A DNA stretch of 64,000 bases from an uncultured Burkholderiales bacterium (lineage in GTDB: Bacteria > Pseudomonadota > Gammaproteobacteria > Burkholderiales > Thiobacillaceae): positions 42,709 to 106,708 of the forward strand of contig CALEDT010000041.1 of assembly GCA_937949525.1 (NCBI GenBank). Direction: 5' to 3'. The notes under the pieces were generated by a model. That model did not search any database. It was not told the origin of the DNA and worked only from the letters and a program-made list of their open reading frames with translations. Below are positions 1 to 13,139 of this stretch, one piece after another (positions within the stretch are counted from its first letter, which is position 1; the number at the start of each line of letters is the position of its first letter). Both the position numbers and the translations under genes were made by a program.

Positions 1-1
1 G

Positions 2-256
2 GCGGCGGTCGAACAGCGCGACGCTGCGCGCACGCTGCGCCACGCCCACCAGATCAAAGGCGCGGCCGCCTACCTGGGCATCGAAGTCATGGCCGGTCTG
101 GCCGCCGAGGTCGAGGAAGCCGCGCGTGGCAACGACTGGGCGGCCTGTCTCACGGCGCAGGAGGATCTGGAAGCGGCATTCATCGCCGTGCGTCTGCGCA
201 TCGACACGCGCGCGCCGAAGGCCAAGTCCGACGTGCAACCGGTCGTTTCATCATGA
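2..256 (+). CDS. C-terminal fragment of an Hpt (histidine phosphotransfer) domain protein; 5' end is outside the window
   Basis: Frame 2 is open from the window edge to TGA at 254-256. Translation ...RTLRHAHQIKGAAAYLGIEVMAGLAAEVEEAARGNDW... carries the HxxKG phosphotransfer-histidine motif. It is absent from the ORF track because it has no start in the window. Confidence 0.55.
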   Translation, partial: AAVEQRDAARTLRHAHQIKGAAAYLGIEVMAGLAAEVEEAARGNDWAACLTAQEDLEAAFIAVRLRIDTRAPKAKSDVQPVVSS

Positions 257-258
257 CC

Positions 259-267
259 TGCTAGAAT
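259..267 (+). promoter_or_regulatory. possible extended -10 sigma70 element TGcTAGAAT upstream of typA
   Basis: TGCTAGAAT lies 28 nt upstream of the typA ATG. The same 11-mer tgctagaatgc recurs at 47261-47271 upstream of another gene. Confidence 0.3.
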
Positions 268-294
268 GCTGGGTTTTGCACACTGGCTCATCCC

Positions 295-2109
<1,815 letters not shown>

Positions 2110-2136
2110 GCGAGCGGCGGCAACCGCCCTCGTGTC

Positions 2137-3426
<1,290 letters not shown>

Positions 3427-3467
3427 TCACGAAAGGCCCCGATTCTACCGTCCACACCCCATTTGCC

Positions 3468-3755
3468 ATGCAGACCTTGCACATCGATGCCGACGAACTC
3501 GGCCTGGACTTCGATCGAGCCCACCGCCTGGCCGACGTGGTCGCGGACCATCTGTTGCACGCACGCGGCGGCGCCATGCTGCTGTCGTTCTGGGATGCGC
3601 TGCGCGGCCTGGAATCACCCGGCGGCGTGTCGGAATGCCACGTCGGCTGTCCCGTGCCCGGCTGGCAGGATTACGCACAGAATCGCGGCGGCACGCTGAT
3701 GGTGAACTTCAGCCAGGGCCGACATGTGTTCTGCTACCGCCCGATCGACGACTGA
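3468..3755 (+). CDS. hypothetical small protein (95 aa) with CHVGC / PGW motif
   Basis: ATG start and strong G/C third-position bias. No family assigned. Confidence 0.55.
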   Translation: MQTLHIDADELGLDFDRAHRLADVVADHLLHARGGAMLLSFWDALRGLESPGGVSECHVGCPVPGWQDYAQNRGGTLMVNFSQGRHVFCYRPIDD

Positions 3756-3767
3756 AGGAGGCGAGCC

Positions 3768-3974
3768 ATGCGTGCTCACGTCATCATCCCGCTCTGCCTG
3801 GTGCTCGCCGCCTGCGGTGCCGAGACCGCCGGCACCGCGGCGGTGGCGGGCACCAGGCAGGACGAGGCGCGCCAGGCGCGCGAGACCGTGGAAGACCATC
3901 AGCGCAAACTGGAGGAGGTCCAGGCACTGCGCGAACAGCAATTGCGCGAGCAGGAACGGGCGGCTCGGCAATGA
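3768..3974 (+). CDS. small lipoprotein (68 aa), charged coiled C-terminal half
   Basis: Signal peptide with lipobox LVLAAC at residues 11-16. It starts 13 nt after the preceding ORF. Confidence 0.55.
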   Translation: MRAHVIIPLCLVLAACGAETAGTAAVAGTRQDEARQARETVEDHQRKLEEVQALREQQLREQERAARQ

Positions 3975-4010
3975 AAGCACGATAGCGGGCCGACCGCGCC
4001 CTGCGGCACG

Positions 4011-4826
4011 TCAAACCGCCACCGGTGCCTTGATGGCGGGATGCGGGTCGTAGCCATCCAGCGCGAAGTCCTCGTAGCGGAACGCGAACAAGTCGTCGAC
4101 CGCCGGATTGAGGCGCATGGTCGGCAACGGCCGCGGCTCGCGCGTCAGTTGCAGGTTCACCTGGTCGAGGTGATTCAGATAGATGTGTGCGTCACCCAGG
4201 GTGTGCACGAAATCACCCGGTTTCAGCCCGCTCACCTGCGCGATCATCAGGGTGAGCAGCGCGTAGCTGGCGATGTTGAACGGCACGCCGAGGAAGATGT
4301 CGGCGCTGCGCTGGTAGAGCTGGCACGACAGCCGGCCGGGCTGCCCCGGTTGCTCCGGCGGCGCGACATAGAATTGGAACAGCGCATGACAGGGCGGCAG
4401 CTTCATGCGCGGCAGGTCGGCGACGTTCCAGGCGGACACGATCATGCGCCGTGAATCGGGATCACGCCGCAGCGTCTTTAGTACCTGCGCGATCTGATCG
4501 ACCTGGCCGCCGTCCGGTGTCGGCCAGGAACGCCACTGATGGCCGTAGATGGGACCGAGCTCGCCCTGGGCATCGGCCCATTCGTCCCAGATGCTGACGC
4601 CGTTGTCCTTCAGGTAAGCGATGTTGGTGTCGCCGCGCAGAAACCACAGCAGCTCGTGAATGATGGACTTGAGGTGCACCTTCTTGGTGGTCAGCAGCGG
4701 GAAGCCGGCGGCCAGATCGAAGCGCATCTGGTAGCCGAATACCGACAGCGTGCCGGTGCCGGTGCGATCCTCCTTGCGCGCGCCGTGCTCCAGCACATGA
4801 CGCAACAGCTCCAGGTATTGGCGCAT
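4011..4826 (-). CDS. thyA: thymidylate synthase
   Basis: [31 protein letters not shown]..., [11 protein letters not shown] active-site region. The true ATG at 4826 overlaps the stop of the upstream PilZ gene (ATGA). The track ORF extension up to 5027 is spurious. Confidence 0.97.
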   Translation of the reverse strand: MRQYLELLRHVLEHGARKEDRTGTGTLSVFGYQMRFDLAAGFPLLTTKKVHLKSIIHELLWFLRGDTNIAYLKDNGVSIWDEWADAQGELGPIYGHQWRSWPTPDGGQVDQIAQVLKTLRRDPDSRRMIVSAWNVADLPRMKLPPCHALFQFYVAPPEQPGQPGRLSCQLYQRSADIFLGVPFNIASYALLTLMIAQVSGLKPGDFVHTLGDAHIYLNHLDQVNLQLTREPRPLPTMRLNPAVDDLFAFRYEDFALDGYDPHPAIKAPVAV

Positions 4827-5737
4827 CAGGCGTTGTCCTTCAAAAGATGCTGATACACCAGGTTCATGATGATCAGGCGTTGCGACTGACTCAGGGCACC
4901 GAACTGCACGCCGAACGCGTTCATCGGCTTGCCTTGTTCGTCCTCCTCGACGCCGATGGAACGGATCACCGCCGGCGTCCTCACGTACTCTTCCATGTCG
5001 CCCAGATTCACCTTGAACGACAGCCACAGAGTCTGATCCTTCACGCCCAGCGCACCGGGCGACAGCAGCTTGGCGCCGCCGACGCTCAGGTCGACGATGC
5101 GCCCGGCGCCCGACTGGCGCGCCTCCTCGCTGTCCTGCACGGCGACGATGATGCTAACGGGCGCGCGCATGTTCTTGCGGATGCGCATGGCCTGCACGCT
5201 GTCGGGATAGGACAGGTGCAGATAGGGAAAGGGTTGCAGTTGCGCCTTCAGCACCCGGGCCTTGAACGCGCACACGTTGAGGCCGGAGAACGCGCGCACC
5301 AGATAGGTCTGGCCGTCGCGCACGAAGATCAGCTTGCCTTCGACGACCGGCGCGGTGACCAGCACGCTCTTGGGTCGCATGATGCCGATCACGCGCACGG
5401 TGTAGCGCTCGGTCTGCCCTTCCAGCAACGGTTGCAACTGCAACGCGTCACCGGGCATCAGCTTGATCGCTTCGAAAGACAGGCTCTCCTCGGTCGGCTT
5501 GGCGCTGGTGCGCTCCGACTCCGCAGTCTCGCGCGCGGCCGCGACCGACGCGGTATTGCGCTCGCGTTCGCGGAACAGGCCGCGACGGGTGAGTTCTTCA
5601 AGCTGATGTTCGCTGGTCACCACCACGCCCCGGTTGAGCAGCAGGTTGCGGTCCGCGTCATAGACCGCGAACGGTAGCGGTTTGCCGAGCTCGATCTCGG
5701 CCTTGCGTACCGGAACCAGGAAATCATCCAGCGCCAT
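4826..5737 (-). CDS. PilZ domain protein (YcgR-like, c-di-GMP receptor)
   Basis: RIRKNMR (RxxxR) followed by DLSVGGAKL (DxSxxG), with a YcgR-like beta-barrel region before it. SD GGGGGA lies upstream of the ATG at 5737. Confidence 0.85.
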   Translation of the reverse strand: MALDDFLVPVRKAEIELGKPLPFAVYDADRNLLLNRGVVVTSEHQLEELTRRGLFRERERNTASVAAARETAESERTSAKPTEESLSFEAIKLMPGDALQLQPLLEGQTERYTVRVIGIMRPKSVLVTAPVVEGKLIFVRDGQTYLVRAFSGLNVCAFKARVLKAQLQPFPYLHLSYPDSVQAMRIRKNMRAPVSIIVAVQDSEEARQSGAGRIVDLSVGGAKLLSPGALGVKDQTLWLSFKVNLGDMEEYVRTPAVIRSIGVEEDEQGKPMNAFGVQFGALSQSQRLIIMNLVYQHLLKDNA

Positions 5738-5754
5738 AGCGATCGTCCCCCCGT

Positions 5755-6309
5755 TCAGTGCCGCCCCAGCCGCGCCAGTTCATCGACGATGTCGAGCACC
5801 AATTGACGCCCCAGCGCACCCATGCCGCGCGCGAGTACATCGGCATCGCGTTCGCCGTTGACCAGACGGCGCATGATGCCGCCCAGGCGCGCCATGTCGC
5901 CGCCGGCGCGCAGCATCTGCTCCGCCATGTTGGCCAGTACCGCCAGCGCCTGCGCATCGCCGCGCGCCGCCGCGTCGATCAGGGCGGCCAGGCCGGGCGC
6001 GGCGGCGCCGGCGTCGGGCGGGCGATCGAGCACGGGCAGCGTGGCGGGATTGTCCAGGCCACGCAACACGGCATCGACGATGATGCGGTCCTCGGCATCG
6101 AGACCGAGCTTGATGCGCTCATCCCGCCGGCCGTCGACGATCTGGCGCAGGGCATGCACCAAGGGGGCCCAGCCCTGGGCTTCGGCGGCGTTCAGCGTGT
6201 CGTGCAGTTCCGGCAGACGCGAACGATCGGTCAACGCATTCACCACGGCATGGATGAACGGCGCGTGCATGCTGAGTACCTGTTCAACGGCATCTGGCCA
6301 TTGCGCCAT
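5755..6309 (-). CDS. hypothetical protein (184 aa) with two internal (I/L)V(D/N)G(R/E)RD repeats
   Basis: ATG at 6309 preceded by GGAGGA (5-nt spacer). Good third-position bias. Overlaps the bpt 3' end by 26 nt. The part of the track ORF upstream of 6309 is spurious. Confidence 0.6.
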   Translation of the reverse strand: MAQWPDAVEQVLSMHAPFIHAVVNALTDRSRLPELHDTLNAAEAQGWAPLVHALRQIVDGRRDERIKLGLDAEDRIIVDAVLRGLDNPATLPVLDRPPDAGAAAPGLAALIDAAARGDAQALAVLANMAEQMLRAGGDMARLGGIMRRLVNGERDADVLARGMGALGRQLVLDIVDELARLGRH

Positions 6310-7036
6310 CGGGCTCCTCCAGTTCGCGCCAGTGGCCGTCGACCAGAACCTCCACGGGACGGTAGACGCGTTTGTAGGCCATCTTAGTACAGGCCGCAAT
6401 CCAGTAGCCCACGTACAGATAGGGCAGGCCCATGTCGCGCGCCAGCCGAATCTGGCTGAGCACGCCGTAAACACCCAGGCCGCGCCGCTCCAGCCCCGGT
6501 TCGTAAAAGGTGTACACGGCCGACAGGCCATCGAGCAACCGGTCGATCAACGCCACCATCACGACCTCGCCGTCGAGCGTGAATTCCGCCAACGCGCTGT
6601 CGACCCGGCTTAGCAAAAGAAAAGCGCGAAACTGCTCACGATCATCCTGATCCATGCCGCCGCCGGCATGGCGCGCCGCCTGGTAACGGCGATAGAGACG
6701 GTAGTGCGCCTCGTCGTACTGCAACGGCCGCAAACGCATGGTCACGTCCGCATTGCGCTTGAGGCAACGCCGTTGCGAACGGCTGGGCGCATGATCGTGC
6801 ACGCGCACGCGCATCGGCATGCAGGCCCGGCAGGCATCACAACGCGGCCGATAGACATGCTGGCCGCTACGCCGGAACCCGAGGCGCACCAGTTCGCTGT
6901 AGGTCACGGTATCGATCAGCCCGGCCGGCGCAGCCACCTGTGACCGCGCGGTTCGCCCCGGCAGATAGCTGCAGGCGTAAGGCGCCGTCAGATAGAAGCG
7001 CAGTCGGTAGATCGGCAGTTCGCTCGGCGAACTCAC
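6284..7036 (-). CDS. bpt: arginyl/leucyl-tRNA--protein transferase Bpt (ATE family, N-degron pathway)
   Basis: ...[19 protein letters not shown]...[25 protein letters not shown]...YVGYWI is typical of bacterial Bpt. The GTG at 7036 overlaps the aat stop (GTGA). Confidence 0.88.
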   Translation of the reverse strand: MSSPSELPIYRLRFYLTAPYACSYLPGRTARSQVAAPAGLIDTVTYSELVRLGFRRSGQHVYRPRCDACRACMPMRVRVHDHAPSRSQRRCLKRNADVTMRLRPLQYDEAHYRLYRRYQAARHAGGGMDQDDREQFRAFLLLSRVDSALAEFTLDGEVVMVALIDRLLDGLSAVYTFYEPGLERRGLGVYGVLSQIRLARDMGLPYLYVGYWIAACTKMAYKRVYRPVEVLVDGHWRELEEPDGAMARCR

Positions 7037-7725
7037 GTCAGCGCCTCCTCTCGCCAGCAGCCGGGCGCACGCGGGCGCGCCGTCAGATCGTCGAGCAGGG
7101 CGACGAAGTCGGCGCGCGCAATCTCGCGCGCGCCCAGGGAGGCCAGGTGCGCGGTATTCATCTGGCAGTCGATGATGCCGAAATCGCGCGCGCGAAGGAA
7201 GCGCACCAAGTGCGCCAGCGCGATCTTGGACGCGTCGCTCACGCGCGAGAACATGGACTCGCCGTAGAACGCGCCGCCCAAAGCCACGCCGTACAGGCCG
7301 CCCACCAGTTCGTCCGCCATCCAGGTTTCGAACGAATGAGCGTAGCCGGCGGCGTGCAGCGCGCAATAGGCTTCGATGATGCGCGCGTCGATCCAGGTGC
7401 CGCCGGCTCCGGCGCGTGGCGCGGCGCAGCCGCGCATGACCTGCTCGAAGGCGCTGTCCACACGCACCTGGTAATCGGCGCGGGCGAGGCGCCGTCTGAG
7501 CGAGCGAGACACCTTGAACTCCTCCGGAAACAACACCATGCGCGGGTCCGGCGACCACCACAGGATGGGTTCGTCCGGATTGAACCAGGGAAAGATGCCT
7601 CGCCGATAGGCGGCCAACAGCCGCGGCACCGACAGGTCGCCACCCGCCGCGAGCAGACCGCCGTAGCCGTCCAGGGCGGTCTCGACCGGCGGAAACGGTG
7701 CGTCGCCACGCAGCCAGGGAATCAC
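7033..7725 (-). CDS. aat: leucyl/phenylalanyl-tRNA--protein transferase
   Basis: [14 protein letters not shown]..., [29 protein letters not shown] motifs. GTG start overlaps the gloA stop. Confidence 0.93.
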   Translation of the reverse strand: MIPWLRGDAPFPPVETALDGYGGLLAAGGDLSVPRLLAAYRRGIFPWFNPDEPILWWSPDPRMVLFPEEFKVSRSLRRRLARADYQVRVDSAFEQVMRGCAAPRAGAGGTWIDARIIEAYCALHAAGYAHSFETWMADELVGGLYGVALGGAFYGESMFSRVSDASKIALAHLVRFLRARDFGIIDCQMNTAHLASLGAREIARADFVALLDDLTARPRAPGCWREEALT

Positions 7726-8117
7726 GAGCCGCGCGTGCCCTTCTGGATGAATTCGATCTTGTAGCCGTCCGGATCCTCGACGAATGCGATCACCGTACTG
7801 CCGTGCTTCATCGGGCCGGCCGGCCGGGTGACCTTGCCGCCCATGGCGGCCACCGCATCACAGGCATGGTAAGCGTCGTCGACTTCGATGGCGATATGGC
7901 CGAACGCCGTGCCCATGTCGTAGCCGGCCACGCCCCAGTTGTAGGTCAGCTCCAGCACGGTATGCGTGTCCTCTTCACCGTAACCGACGAATGCCAGCGT
8001 GAACTTGCCCTCCGGATAGTCCTTGCGACGCAGCAGGCGCATGCCCAGCACGCGGGTATAGAAATCGATCGAGCGGTCGAGGTCGCCGACGCGCAACATG
8101 GTATGCAACAGACGCAT
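7722..8117 (-). CDS. gloA: lactoylglutathione lyase (glyoxalase I)
   Basis: [26 protein letters not shown]...ELTYNWG...GHIAIEVDD...IEFIQ. Start taken at MRLLHTM (8117). Confidence 0.93.
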   Translation of the reverse strand: MRLLHTMLRVGDLDRSIDFYTRVLGMRLLRRKDYPEGKFTLAFVGYGEEDTHTVLELTYNWGVAGYDMGTAFGHIAIEVDDAYHACDAVAAMGGKVTRPAGPMKHGSTVIAFVEDPDGYKIEFIQKGTRGS

Positions 8118-8175
8118 GGTTCCGTTTCCTATGGCGGACAAAAGCACACATTGTGCCTCGGGTCGGGCGCGGCGG

Positions 8176-8865
8176 TCAGGCCACGTGAAAACAGAGGTGC
8201 TGGCTGCCGCGCAGGAGCCGGCGCGCTTCGCGCCAATCGGGATACAGACGCTCGACCTCGCGCCAGAAGGCCGGCGAATGATCGCGCTGGCGCAGATGCG
8301 CGAGCTCGTGGCAGACGACGTAATCGATGGCCTGTGCCGGCAGCATGACCAGGCGCCAGTTCAGTCCCACCACACCGGTGGCGGACAGGCTGCCCCAGCG
8401 CGTGCGCGCATTGGACAGGCGCAGGGGTGGCGTCGGCACACCGGCAACTGCGGCCCACGAGGCCAGACGCGCCGCGAGCAGGCCGCGTGCCTGGGTCCGG
8501 TACCAATCCAGCACCTGCGTCGCCAGTTCGCGCCCGGCGACGGCGCAGTAAAGCATCGCACCGTCCAGCCGGACCGGGGCTCCGGCACCCGGCGGACACA
8601 CCCGCAGCGTCACATGGCCGCCCAGCCACGGCAGCGCCGCGCCATCCTGCCAGGCGAAGGGGATGACGCGGGCGCGCTGCAAACGCGCGTGCAGCCAGTC
8701 TGCATGCGTGCGGATGAACTCTTCGATGTGCGCGAGCGGCAGGCGCATCGGTGCGTTGACCGCCACCTCACCCCGGCCATCGACGCGCAACGCCAGGGTC
8801 CGGCGTGCGGAACTGCGCTTCAGGCGGTAGTTCAGCTCGCGCTGCGGCAACGCCAACGCACCCAT
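8176..8865 (-). CDS. YgjP-like M48-family metallohydrolase (DUF45)
   Basis: HELAHL zinc motif near the C-terminus, RWGS..., NWRL. Start ambiguous (ATG 8865 or GTG 8883). Confidence 0.82.
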   Translation of the reverse strand: MGALALPQRELNYRLKRSSARRTLALRVDGRGEVAVNAPMRLPLAHIEEFIRTHADWLHARLQRARVIPFAWQDGAALPWLGGHVTLRVCPPGAGAPVRLDGAMLYCAVAGRELATQVLDWYRTQARGLLAARLASWAAVAGVPTPPLRLSNARTRWGSLSATGVVGLNWRLVMLPAQAIDYVVCHELAHLRQRDHSPAFWREVERLYPDWREARRLLRGSQHLCFHVA

Positions 8866-8897
8866 CTGTTCCACCCGGATGACCCGCCGGTTCGCGC

Positions 8898-9650
8898 TCA
8901 AATGCCGTCCCCATGATCCGCGCCCGCCTTTGCCAGCCCCCGGCGCGCCATGGCCCAGCGCAGATGGGCAATCTGGGTCTGCAAGGACAGCGATTTCGGG
9001 CACACGTCCTGGCAGCCGAGCAGGCTCATGCAACCGAACACGCCGTCGTCGTCGCCGAGCAAATCGAAGAAATCACCATCGTCGCGCGCGTCGCGCGGGT
9101 CGAGGCGGAAGCGTGCCAGCTTGATCATGCCCACCGCGCCGACGAAATCCGGACGCATCTGCGCCGTGCCGCAGGCGGCGACGCAACAACCGCATTCGAT
9201 GCAGCGGTCGAGCTCGTACACCGCCTCGGCCCGATCGGGGTCCATACGGGTTTCCAGCGCGTCGAGGTCGACTGCCGTGGCGACGTGCAGCCAGGCGTGC
9301 AGGCGCTCGCTCATGACGCGCATCCAGCGGCCGGTATCGACTGACAGATCCGCGATCAGCGCAAAACCGGGTAGCGGCAGCAGACGGATGTGCGCCGGCA
9401 ACGTGGCAGTCAGCGTGCGGCAGGCCAGCCCCGGGCGACCGTTGATCAGCATGGCGCAGGAGCCACACACGGCGGCACGGCAGACGAAATCGAAATGGAC
9501 ACCGGGGTCGAGTTCTTCGCGGATGCGGGTGAGCGCGATGAACAACGTCATGCCCGACGTTTCCGCCAGCCGGTAGCGTTGCAGTCGCGGCACGCTGGCG
9601 GCATCGCGTGGGTTGTGACGCAGGATGTCGAAGTCGAGGATGCGAGTCAT
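8898..9650 (-). CDS. frdB: fumarate reductase/succinate dehydrogenase iron-sulfur subunit, Wolinella type
   Basis: [14 protein letters not shown]...[49 protein letters not shown] at 9650 overlaps the frdA stop (ATGA). Confidence 0.9.
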   Translation of the reverse strand: MTRILDFDILRHNPRDAASVPRLQRYRLAETSGMTLFIALTRIREELDPGVHFDFVCRAAVCGSCAMLINGRPGLACRTLTATLPAHIRLLPLPGFALIADLSVDTGRWMRVMSERLHAWLHVATAVDLDALETRMDPDRAEAVYELDRCIECGCCVAACGTAQMRPDFVGAVGMIKLARFRLDPRDARDDGDFFDLLGDDDGVFGCMSLLGCQDVCPKSLSLQTQIAHLRWAMARRGLAKAGADHGDGI

Positions 9651-11632
9651 GATTCGTCGAGGCGTGCATTGCGACGGCGGTAGCGCGGCGGCAGCAGGTG
9701 CTTGAACGGCATCAGGTGGCTCTGCACGGCATGGCGGTCCTGCTTGGCGGCGCGCAGTTCGTCCACCTCGGACTGACGAAGCGCGCTGTCCGGGTGTTCG
9801 ACCAGATTGCGCGCGCCGTAGCCGCGAAAGCCGGGCGGTAGCTCCATGCGCATCACGTCGAGCGGCTCGTAGTCCAGCGTCGGCCGCGACGCGCCCGGCT
9901 CCCAGCGCGCCAGCGTGCGCACCAGCCAGTCGCGGTCGTTGCGCGCCGGATGGTCCTCGCGGAAATGCGCGCCGCGGCTCTCGGTGCGCGCCAGCGCGCC
10001 CATCGCCACGGTCAGCGCCAGCTTGAGCATGCGCGGCAGTCGGTAGGCCAGCACCAGTTCCGGATTGGCGTCGAGGTGGGCAGCGCGCACGCCGATGTCG
10101 GCACTGCGCGCCAGCAGTTCGCCGAGTTCGTCGACCGCCGTGCGCAAACCGTCGCCGTTGCGGAACAGCCCGACGCGCTCGGTCATGATGCGTTCCATGC
10201 GGCGGCGCAGTTCGACCGCGCTCTCCTTGCCCGGACGCCCGGCCAGTCGGCGCAGATACGCCTGTTCGCGCGCCACGAAATCGCGCGCCAGGGCGCTGGA
10301 CAGGCTGTGCTCGCCCTGCGCCGAATGGCAGAAATCGGCGACGTACTCGCCCAGCAGCATACCAGCCACCACGGTTTCCGCCACCGAGTTGCCGCCCAGG
10401 CGATTGAAGCCATGCAGATCCCAGCAGGCCGCCTCGCCGCAGGCGAACAGGCCGGACAACCAAGGCGACTCGCCGCGATGGTCGGTGCGGATGCCGCCCA
10501 TGGAATAGTGCTGGGTCGGGCGCACCGGGATGTAGTCGCACGCCGGGTCGATGCCCAGGAAGTAATGACAGATGTCCTTCACCTCGCGCAGGTTGCGCTC
10601 GATGTGCGCGGCGCCGAGCCGGGTGATGTCCAGCCACAGATGCTCGCCGTAAGGGGAAGGCACCCCCTTGCCCCGCCCGCCCTGCTCAACCGGGCGCATG
10701 TGTTCCGCCATGCGCCGCGACACCACGTCGCGCGAGGCGAGTTCCTTCTTCTCCGGCTCGTAATCCGGCATGAAGCGGTGGCCATCGACATCGCGCAACA
10801 CGCCGCCGTCACCGCGACAGCCCTCGGTGACCAGAATGCCGGCCGGCACGATGGCGGTGGGATGGAACTGCACCGCCTCCATGTTGCCCAGGCGGGCGAC
10901 GCCGGTTTCCAGCGCCAGCGCCGCGCCCATGCCCTCGTTGATCAGCGCGTTGGTGGAAACGCCATAGATGCGGCCATAGCCGCCGGTGGCCACCACCGTC
11001 GCGCGCGCCAGGTAGGCGGTCAATTCGCCGCTGACCAGGTCACGCGCGACCGCGCCGTGGCAGCGCTCGCCGTCGTGGATCAGCGCCAGCGCCTCGACCC
11101 GCTCGCGCACCGGGATGGCTTCAGCGATGGCGCGGTCGCCCAGCGCGTAGAGCATGGCGTGGCCGGTGCCGTCCGATGTGTGGCAGGTGCGCCACTTGCG
11201 CGTGCCGCCGAAATCGCGCGCGCTGATCAGACCCTGCGCGGCTTCGTGTTCGTCGATGACGACACGCTCGCCGTTGATCACCGCCTCGTGAGCACCGGCG
11301 CGCACCCGGTTCCAGGGCACGCCCCAGGCCGCCAATTCGCGCGCCGCCTTGGGCGCCATGTGCGCAAACATGCGCGCGACGACCTGGTCGCAGCCCCAGT
11401 CCGAACCGCGCACGGTGTCCTCGAAATGCGCGTCCTCGTTGTCGCCCCGGCCCATCGCGCAATTGCCCAGGCTGGCTTGCATGCCGCCTTGTGCCGCGAC
11501 GGAATGCGAACGCTTGGCCGGCACCAGCGACAGAATCAGCGGCTCCAGGCCGCGCCTACGCACGCCGATGGCCGTGCGCAGGCCGGCCAGGCCGCCGCCG
11601 ATCACCAGCACGTCCGCGTGGATCAGCTTCAC
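9647..11632 (-). CDS. frdA: fumarate reductase/succinate dehydrogenase flavoprotein subunit
   Basis: [19 protein letters not shown] (FAD fold), [10 protein letters not shown] (covalent-FAD histidine). 661 aa. GTG at 11632 overlaps the frdC stop. The track ORF extension up to 12262 is spurious. Confidence 0.92.
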   Translation of the reverse strand: MKLIHADVLVIGGGLAGLRTAIGVRRRGLEPLILSLVPAKRSHSVAAQGGMQASLGNCAMGRGDNEDAHFEDTVRGSDWGCDQVVARMFAHMAPKAARELAAWGVPWNRVRAGAHEAVINGERVVIDEHEAAQGLISARDFGGTRKWRTCHTSDGTGHAMLYALGDRAIAEAIPVRERVEALALIHDGERCHGAVARDLVSGELTAYLARATVVATGGYGRIYGVSTNALINEGMGAALALETGVARLGNMEAVQFHPTAIVPAGILVTEGCRGDGGVLRDVDGHRFMPDYEPEKKELASRDVVSRRMAEHMRPVEQGGRGKGVPSPYGEHLWLDITRLGAAHIERNLREVKDICHYFLGIDPACDYIPVRPTQHYSMGGIRTDHRGESPWLSGLFACGEAACWDLHGFNRLGGNSVAETVVAGMLLGEYVADFCHSAQGEHSLSSALARDFVAREQAYLRRLAGRPGKESAVELRRRMERIMTERVGLFRNGDGLRTAVDELGELLARSADIGVRAAHLDANPELVLAYRLPRMLKLALTVAMGALARTESRGAHFREDHPARNDRDWLVRTLARWEPGASRPTLDYEPLDVMRMELPPGFRGYGARNLVEHPDSALRQSEVDELRAAKQDRHAVQSHLMPFKHLLPPRYRRRNARLDES

Positions 11633-12348
11633 GACAGCGTCCGTTGCCAGGTGGGCAGGTAGGGTTCGCCGGCATGCGGGGCGTGCTCGATGCCCAGCCG
11701 GACATAAGCAGCCAGCGTGAGCAGGCCGAGTGCGATGAAAAACACGGTGAAACCCCACTTCAGCCGCATCAGCCGCATTCGCGCCTTGTCGCCGACCGCC
11801 AGCCACTTGACCGCCAGGCGGTAGAGACCGACGCCGGCATGGATCTCCACCAGCAACAGCAGCAGCAGGTACAGCGGCCACATGCGGCCGCTCCATACCC
11901 GGTCGGCGGACTCGTAGGGGCCGATCAGCTCGGGATGGGTCAGCATCAGGTACAGATGCACCGGCGCCAGGAAGAACACGCCGAAGCCAGTGACCACCTG
12001 CGCCAACCACGACGTGGTGTCGCCGTGCCGCATGCCGCGCATGTGCCGCCAGTACGCGGCATGCTGGCGCCAGTGGCTGGGGAATTTGCGCAGCGCCAGC
12101 CCGGCATGGACGGCGAACAGCACGAAGACGACTGCCACGAACAGTGAGACCAGCCACGGCAGCGACCGGCCGAAGAGGTAATAACCCTCGAAGAAGCGCG
12201 CCACCCGCCACATCGCGTCGGTGCCGAACAGGATGGAGGCGACGAACAGCATGTGCAGCCACATGAACAGGGCCAGGAACAACCCCGTGGCACTTTGCAG
12301 CAGATCGAGGCGCGCCGGCCAGGGGCCGGGAGAAACGGGAGCGGGCAT
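11629..12348 (-). CDS. frdC: fumarate reductase dihaem cytochrome b subunit (type B QFR)
   Basis: [55 protein letters not shown] aligns by eye with W. succinogenes FrdC, including four His haem ligands. ATG 12348 preferred (track gives TTG 12360). Confidence 0.85.
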   Translation of the reverse strand: MPAPVSPGPWPARLDLLQSATGLFLALFMWLHMLFVASILFGTDAMWRVARFFEGYYLFGRSLPWLVSLFVAVVFVLFAVHAGLALRKFPSHWRQHAAYWRHMRGMRHGDTTSWLAQVVTGFGVFFLAPVHLYLMLTHPELIGPYESADRVWSGRMWPLYLLLLLLVEIHAGVGLYRLAVKWLAVGDKARMRLMRLKWGFTVFFIALGLLTLAAYVRLGIEHAPHAGEPYLPTWQRTLS

Positions 12349-12422
12349 GATGGACGACAACGACGTCTGTTGATCATGTTAGCGGGGAACCGCGCGTGTC
12401 GCAGCCGGCAGCGGAATCCGCC

Positions 12423-13136
12423 CTACCTGTGGCTCGGCAATTCGCGCATCGCGGCCTCGATCCATGCCTCGGTCAGCGCCAGCACCTCGCCGGGCTTGCG
12501 CCCGGTGGTGTCGATGGCGGGCCCGATGCGCACCTGGATCTCGCCGGAGTGCTTGATGAAAGCGTTTCGCGGCCAGTACAGGCCGGCATCATGGGCCACC
12601 GGCACGACCGGCACACCGGCTTTGACCGCGAGCCAGGCGCCACCGATCTGGTAATGGCCCTTCTCTCCCGGAGCGACGCGCGTGCCTTCGGGGAAGATCA
12701 GCACCCAGAAACCGCTCGCCAGGCGTGCCCTCCCCTGGGCTTCGATCTGGCGCAACGCCTCGCGGCCAGCCGCGCGATCGATGGCGATGGGGCTGAACAG
12801 GGCCAGCCCCCAACCGAAGAACGGGATGCGCAGCAGGCTCTTCTTCAATACGAACGAAATCGGCGGAAATATCTGCTGAAAGGCGATGGTCTCCCACGCG
12901 GACTGATGCTTGGCCATGATCACCGCGGGACCGGGCGGCAGATGCTGCAGGCCATCGACTCGGTGACGGATGCCCAACACGACGCGTGCCAGCCAGATCA
13001 CGACCCGACCCCACAACGCGATGACCCGATAGCGCTTAAGCGGCGACAGCACGACGGTCGGCAGGATCAGCACACTGAACGGGATGGTCAGCGCGATCTG
13101 CGCCAGCAGGAACAGGACCGATCGCAGCAGCGCCAT
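12423..13136 (-). CDS. plsC: 1-acyl-sn-glycerol-3-phosphate acyltransferase
   Basis: N-terminal TM, then AKHQSAWET (HX4D-type box) and FPEGTR motif. Confidence 0.9.
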   Translation of the reverse strand: MALLRSVLFLLAQIALTIPFSVLILPTVVLSPLKRYRVIALWGRVVIWLARVVLGIRHRVDGLQHLPPGPAVIMAKHQSAWETIAFQQIFPPISFVLKKSLLRIPFFGWGLALFSPIAIDRAAGREALRQIEAQGRARLASGFWVLIFPEGTRVAPGEKGHYQIGGAWLAVKAGVPVVPVAHDAGLYWPRNAFIKHSGEIQVRIGPAIDTTGRKPGEVLALTEAWIEAAMRELPSHR

Positions 13137-13139
13137 GGT

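Noticed and set aside
4827-5027. N-terminal extensions of track ORFs (thyA to 5027, frdB to 10637, frdA to 12262, rpsI to 31948, dsbC ORF from 38497, erpA to 29909, and others).
   Set aside because: In each case a conserved family N-terminus with its own start codon, often overlapping the upstream stop or preceded by an SD, lies downstream. The extension runs through the neighbouring gene in another frame.
8143-8158. sigma54-like element on the minus strand upstream of gloA (AGGCACaatgtGTGCT).
   Set aside because: GG-N10-GC spacing is correct, but the -12 box is GTGC rather than TTGC. It would overlap the alternative gloA start, and a housekeeping glyoxalase is an unlikely RpoN target. It is probably chance.
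12370-12383. Possible FNR/ANR box TTGATcatgTTAGC upstream of frdC.
   Set aside because: Only one half-site matches TTGAT-N4-ATCAA, and it lies about 25 nt from the start codon, not near -41.5 of a plausible transcription start.
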